Origin: an uncultured Clostridia bacterium
GTDB lineage: Bacteria; Bacillota; Clostridia; Lachnospirales; Anaerotignaceae
Assembly (NCBI GenBank): GCA_944380455.1
Contig: CALWHR010000161.1
Coordinates: forward strand, 1-62,855
Length of the DNA stretch: 62,855 nucleotides
Direction: 5' to 3'
Under the pieces are notes generated by a model that searched no databases, was not told the DNA's origin, and saw nothing but the letters and a program-made list of their open reading frames with translations. This document shows, one piece after another, positions 58,047 to 62,855 of the stretch; position 1 is the stretch's first letter, and every line of letters starts with the position of its first letter. The position numbers and the translations under genes were made by a program.

Positions 58047-59504
58047 ATGGGACAGTATGAAATAATTAAAAAACTTGAACGTGTAGGTCAAAACATACTT
58101 GAAACATCAAGAAGCGAGCTTTATATGTATATGCGTTTTCTGGCAATGGCTTTCGGCGGTTTCAGGTATGCTCCCAGTGATAAAACAGGGGGTGTAGGCA
58201 CAGACGGGTATTATATTTACTATTCGCCTATGTTTCTTATTGAAAAATACCGCACAGATATGAAATGGGTAAACAGGGCATATCTGCACATGATATTCCA
58301 CTGCATGTTCCGTCACCCTTCATCACGTGAAGGAAGGGTAAAAGAAATTTGGGATATTGCCTGTGACATAGCTTCTGAACACCTGATTGATTCACTTAAA
58401 TACGGCGGTATACGCCGGGATATGACAGCTGAAAAAAGGCGTATTTATTCGCTTGTTGATGAAAATATAAAAACCGTATCGGCTCAGGCTGTTTACAGAC
58501 TACTTGAAAGCATGGGTCTTAATGATGAGGAAATTAAAAACATAGCCTCTGAGTTTTTTGTTGACGACCATGAGTTTTGGACTGTATACGATGATGTAGA
58601 ACAGACACTTCAAATGCCGGATAATTCACAGAGCGAAAACGGGGAAAACAACAACGGCGACGGTGATGACGACGACTCAAATGGTCCTATAAATCCGGGA
58701 AATTCCGATAAAAAAGGTAAAGAAAATAAAAATAAAGGAACACCTAACAAAAAAGATTTTGACGACAAATGGAAAGATATCAGCTCCAAAACTCAGACGG
58801 ATATGGACACTTTTTCACGCCAGAAAGCTGATGAAGCCGGGGAGCTTTTAAAGTACATTAAAATAGAAAACCGTGAAAGATATAATTACAGGGATTTTCT
58901 GCGTAAGTTCTTTACACGAAAAGAAGTAATGAAGCTGGATTTGGACAGTTTTGATTATATTTATTACACTTACGGATTAAAGGTATATAATAACATGCCG
59001 CTGATTGAGCCTTTGGAGTACAAAGATGACAAAAAAATAGATGAGTTTGCCATTGTGCTTGATACATCGGCGTCATGCTCAGGAGAGCTTATAAAAGGCT
59101 TTTTGAACGAGACATATTCTGTTCTGAGGGATAATGAAAGCTTTTTCAGAAAAATAAATGTGCATATTATTCAGTGCGACAGCAAAGTACAGTCGGATAT
59201 GGTTATAACATGCCGTGAGGACTTTGAAAAATATGTAAATTCATTTGAGGCTCGCGGCTTTGGCGGAACGGATTTCAGGCCGGCTTTTGAGTATTTAAAT
59301 AGTCTAATAGAAGAAGGCAAAGCGGAAAATTTAAAGGGAATGATATATTTTACAGACGGATTTGGAACTTATCCCGAAAAAATGCCGCCTTACGAAACAG
59401 CTTTTGTATTTTTAAATGAAAGCTATGACGATTCGGGAGTACCGCCATGGGCGGCAGAAATAATAGTAGAGCAAGAGGAACTTTTGAAAAACGGAGGAAT
59501 TTAA
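58047..59504 (+). CDS. DUF2201-type metallopeptidase-like plus vWA domain protein
   Basis: GTDG, HMIFHC, W.IACD, acidic linker, DTSASC, GFGGTDF, YFTDG. Confidence 0.82.
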   Translation: MGQYEIIKKLERVGQNILETSRSELYMYMRFLAMAFGGFRYAPSDKTGGVGTDGYYIYYSPMFLIEKYRTDMKWVNRAYLHMIFHCMFRHPSSREGRVKEIWDIACDIASEHLIDSLKYGGIRRDMTAEKRRIYSLVDENIKTVSAQAVYRLLESMGLNDEEIKNIASEFFVDDHEFWTVYDDVEQTLQMPDNSQSENGENNNGDGDDDDSNGPINPGNSDKKGKENKNKGTPNKKDFDDKWKDISSKTQTDMDTFSRQKADEAGELLKYIKIENRERYNYRDFLRKFFTRKEVMKLDLDSFDYIYYTYGLKVYNNMPLIEPLEYKDDKKIDEFAIVLDTSASCSGELIKGFLNETYSVLRDNESFFRKINVHIIQCDSKVQSDMVITCREDFEKYVNSFEARGFGGTDFRPAFEYLNSLIEEGKAENLKGMIYFTDGFGTYPEKMPPYETAFVFLNESYDDSGVPPWAAEIIVEQEELLKNGGI

Positions 59505-59505
59505 A

Positions 59506-61047
59506 TTGAATATAAAAAAGGCAAAAGACGAAATTAAAGACTCCATAGAGGCGTATCTTGTTAAAGACCAGTACGGCGACTATGTTATACCGGTAGAAAG
59601 TCAAAGACCGCTTTTATTAATTGGTCCTCCGGGTATAGGAAAAACAGCCATTATGCGCCAGATTGCACAGGAATGTAAAATTGGTCTTGTGGCATATACT
59701 ATAACACACCACACAAGGCAAAGCGCCATAGGCTTGCCGTATATAGAGGAAAAAGAATTCGGCGGTGTTAAATATTCTGTTACAGAATACACAATGAGTG
59801 AGATTATAGCTTCTGTATACAAACAGATAGAGGAAACAGGACTTAAAGAGGGTATTTTATTTATAGATGAAATAAACTGTGCTTCCGAAACACTTGCTCC
59901 GGCTATGCTCCAGTTTTTGCAGTACAAAACATTCGGAAGCCATAAAGTGCCTGACGGCTGGATAATAGTTGCTGCCGGAAATCCGCCGGAATACAACAAA
60001 TCCGTAAGGGAATTTGATATTGTAACTCTTGACAGGGTTAAAAAAATAGAGGTAGAAGAGGATTACGGCATTTGGAAGGATTATGCTGTTAAAAACGGTG
60101 TACACGACGCCATTATATCTTATCTTGATATTAAAAAGGAAAACTTTTATTCTGTAAGAAATACAGCTGAGGGCAAAATTTTTGCAACTGCCAGAGGCTG
60201 GGAGGACCTTTCAAACATAATGTATGTTTATGAAAGCCTTGGAAAAACAGTAGATTTTGATGTTGTTTACCAGTATATACAAAACAAGAAAACTGCCCGT
60301 GATTTTTCGTCTTATTTAGAGCTTTATAAAAAATATAAAAAAGACTATTCAATACAGGAAATATTGGAAGGCGGCATAAGAAACACTTATGTGGACAGGC
60401 TTCGCCTTGCGGCATTTGACGAAAGGGTAAGTGTTGTTAACCTTATACTTTCAAGCCTTAATGATTATTTTAAAAAGGCAGACAGAGCAGATATATTTGT
60501 TACATCCATTCAGCAGGAGCTTAAAGAGCTTAAAAACCAGCTTTTGAGCCAGTATGCAAAGGAAAAGCGCCCTGAGGATATTATAAAGCCGGCTGTTGAA
60601 ATAAAGCGCTCTAATATTTCTAAAATGAAGAAAAACTCTCTTATTAAAAAGAGTGACGAAAAATTGCAGTTAGATGTATGTGACAAATTAGACGAGTTTG
60701 TTTTTGAGATTGTTAAAAAAGGAATAAGTTCCTGTGAAGAAGGCTTTGAGTTTATAAAAGAGCTTTTTGCTGTTGAAGTGGAAAAAAGACAGGCTGTTAT
60801 GGACAAAACTTCTGAATATCTTGACAACGCCTTTGAGTTTATGGAATATGTATTTGGTCCAAGCCAGGAAATGATTATATTTGTTACGGAACTTAACTCC
60901 GGCTATTACAGCATTAAGTTTATAGACGAAAACGGATGCGTTAAATTTTATCAGTACAACAAAGAGCTTCTTTACAAGCAAAGACAGAAAAACATACTTA
61001 ACGATATTGATGAGATTGGTGATATGCTTAGTTCCATACAGCAGTAA
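59506..61047 (+). CDS. MoxR-like AAA+ ATPase
   Basis: GPPGIGKT, LFIDEIN, AAGNP, R.WEDLS. Confidence 0.85.
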   Translation: MNIKKAKDEIKDSIEAYLVKDQYGDYVIPVESQRPLLLIGPPGIGKTAIMRQIAQECKIGLVAYTITHHTRQSAIGLPYIEEKEFGGVKYSVTEYTMSEIIASVYKQIEETGLKEGILFIDEINCASETLAPAMLQFLQYKTFGSHKVPDGWIIVAAGNPPEYNKSVREFDIVTLDRVKKIEVEEDYGIWKDYAVKNGVHDAIISYLDIKKENFYSVRNTAEGKIFATARGWEDLSNIMYVYESLGKTVDFDVVYQYIQNKKTARDFSSYLELYKKYKKDYSIQEILEGGIRNTYVDRLRLAAFDERVSVVNLILSSLNDYFKKADRADIFVTSIQQELKELKNQLLSQYAKEKRPEDIIKPAVEIKRSNISKMKKNSLIKKSDEKLQLDVCDKLDEFVFEIVKKGISSCEEGFEFIKELFAVEVEKRQAVMDKTSEYLDNAFEFMEYVFGPSQEMIIFVTELNSGYYSIKFIDENGCVKFYQYNKELLYKQRQKNILNDIDEIGDMLSSIQQ

Positions 61048-61469
61048 AGTGGCATTTGACTTATTTAAAAGCTACATTGTATTCTGTTTTATATAAAAAA
61101 CACAGGAAATATGTTATACCAAAGTAATAATTGATAAGTCTATTGCTGCTATGGGTTGTATAATATCACAATAATTTTGTTTTTTTATTGTGCAAGTTGA
61201 TTTGATAGTAAGATATTTTGTTTTTTTAACTCTAAAAATTAACTTTGGATAAAAAAATTGTATATTTTTTGTGCCGTATGTTATTGTGTGGCAAAATTAT
61301 TGTTGTTAAATTAACGAAATACTCTATACTATGTTGAGTTTATGAAATGATTATGTTACAATAAATAGAGTGTATTGCTACTAAGCTATGCAATCTATTA
61401 TCCGGCGGACAAGTTGTTTTGTAAATTTGCCGGTTTAAAGATGTAAGCTCATACAAAGTAATAACCTAA

Positions 61470-62855
<1,386 letters not shown>

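Noticed and set aside
58600-58770. Low-complexity GAC/AAC-rich stretch as a DNA repeat
   Set aside because: It encodes the acidic linker typical of DUF2201-vWA proteins

Overview
Low-GC chromosomal window from a spore-forming clostridial Firmicute (gene content suggests Lachnospirales; this is inference). It runs from the 3' end of rplL through housekeeping and accessory genes (YtrA/B-type ABC operon, pyruvate:ferredoxin oxidoreductase, tRNA-Gly, comEA-two-component system-GerMN-comEC-holA), then a sporulation cluster (gerA/gerK-type receptor, spoIIR, sleB), and ends inside a second PFOR paralog. The main finding is a PdaB-type sporulation polysaccharide deacetylase gene split in two (5' half 43099-43634, 3' half 27329-27571, both minus strand) by a 15,529-bp element. 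The element carries a SpoIVCA-like large serine recombinase at one end. Its ends share a GA core and have 21-bp imperfect inverted arms (17/21). Precise excision would rebuild a 258-aa ORF with the intact W-D-V-D-S-L-D-W motif. This looks like a skin-like, developmentally excised element in a target gene I do not know as a described target. Its cargo is ordinary metabolic and transport genes (cobalamin riboswitch-cbiMNQO, TPP riboswitch-thiY-like/M20 hydrolase, chromate transporters, MarR-RND), with no phage or conjugation genes. Secondary observations include a His2-to-Leu CbiM, a probable CTG start codon, a MITE-like insert, several structured leaders and an LRR-vWA-AAA module. All product calls come from motif recognition only; no database searches were run.
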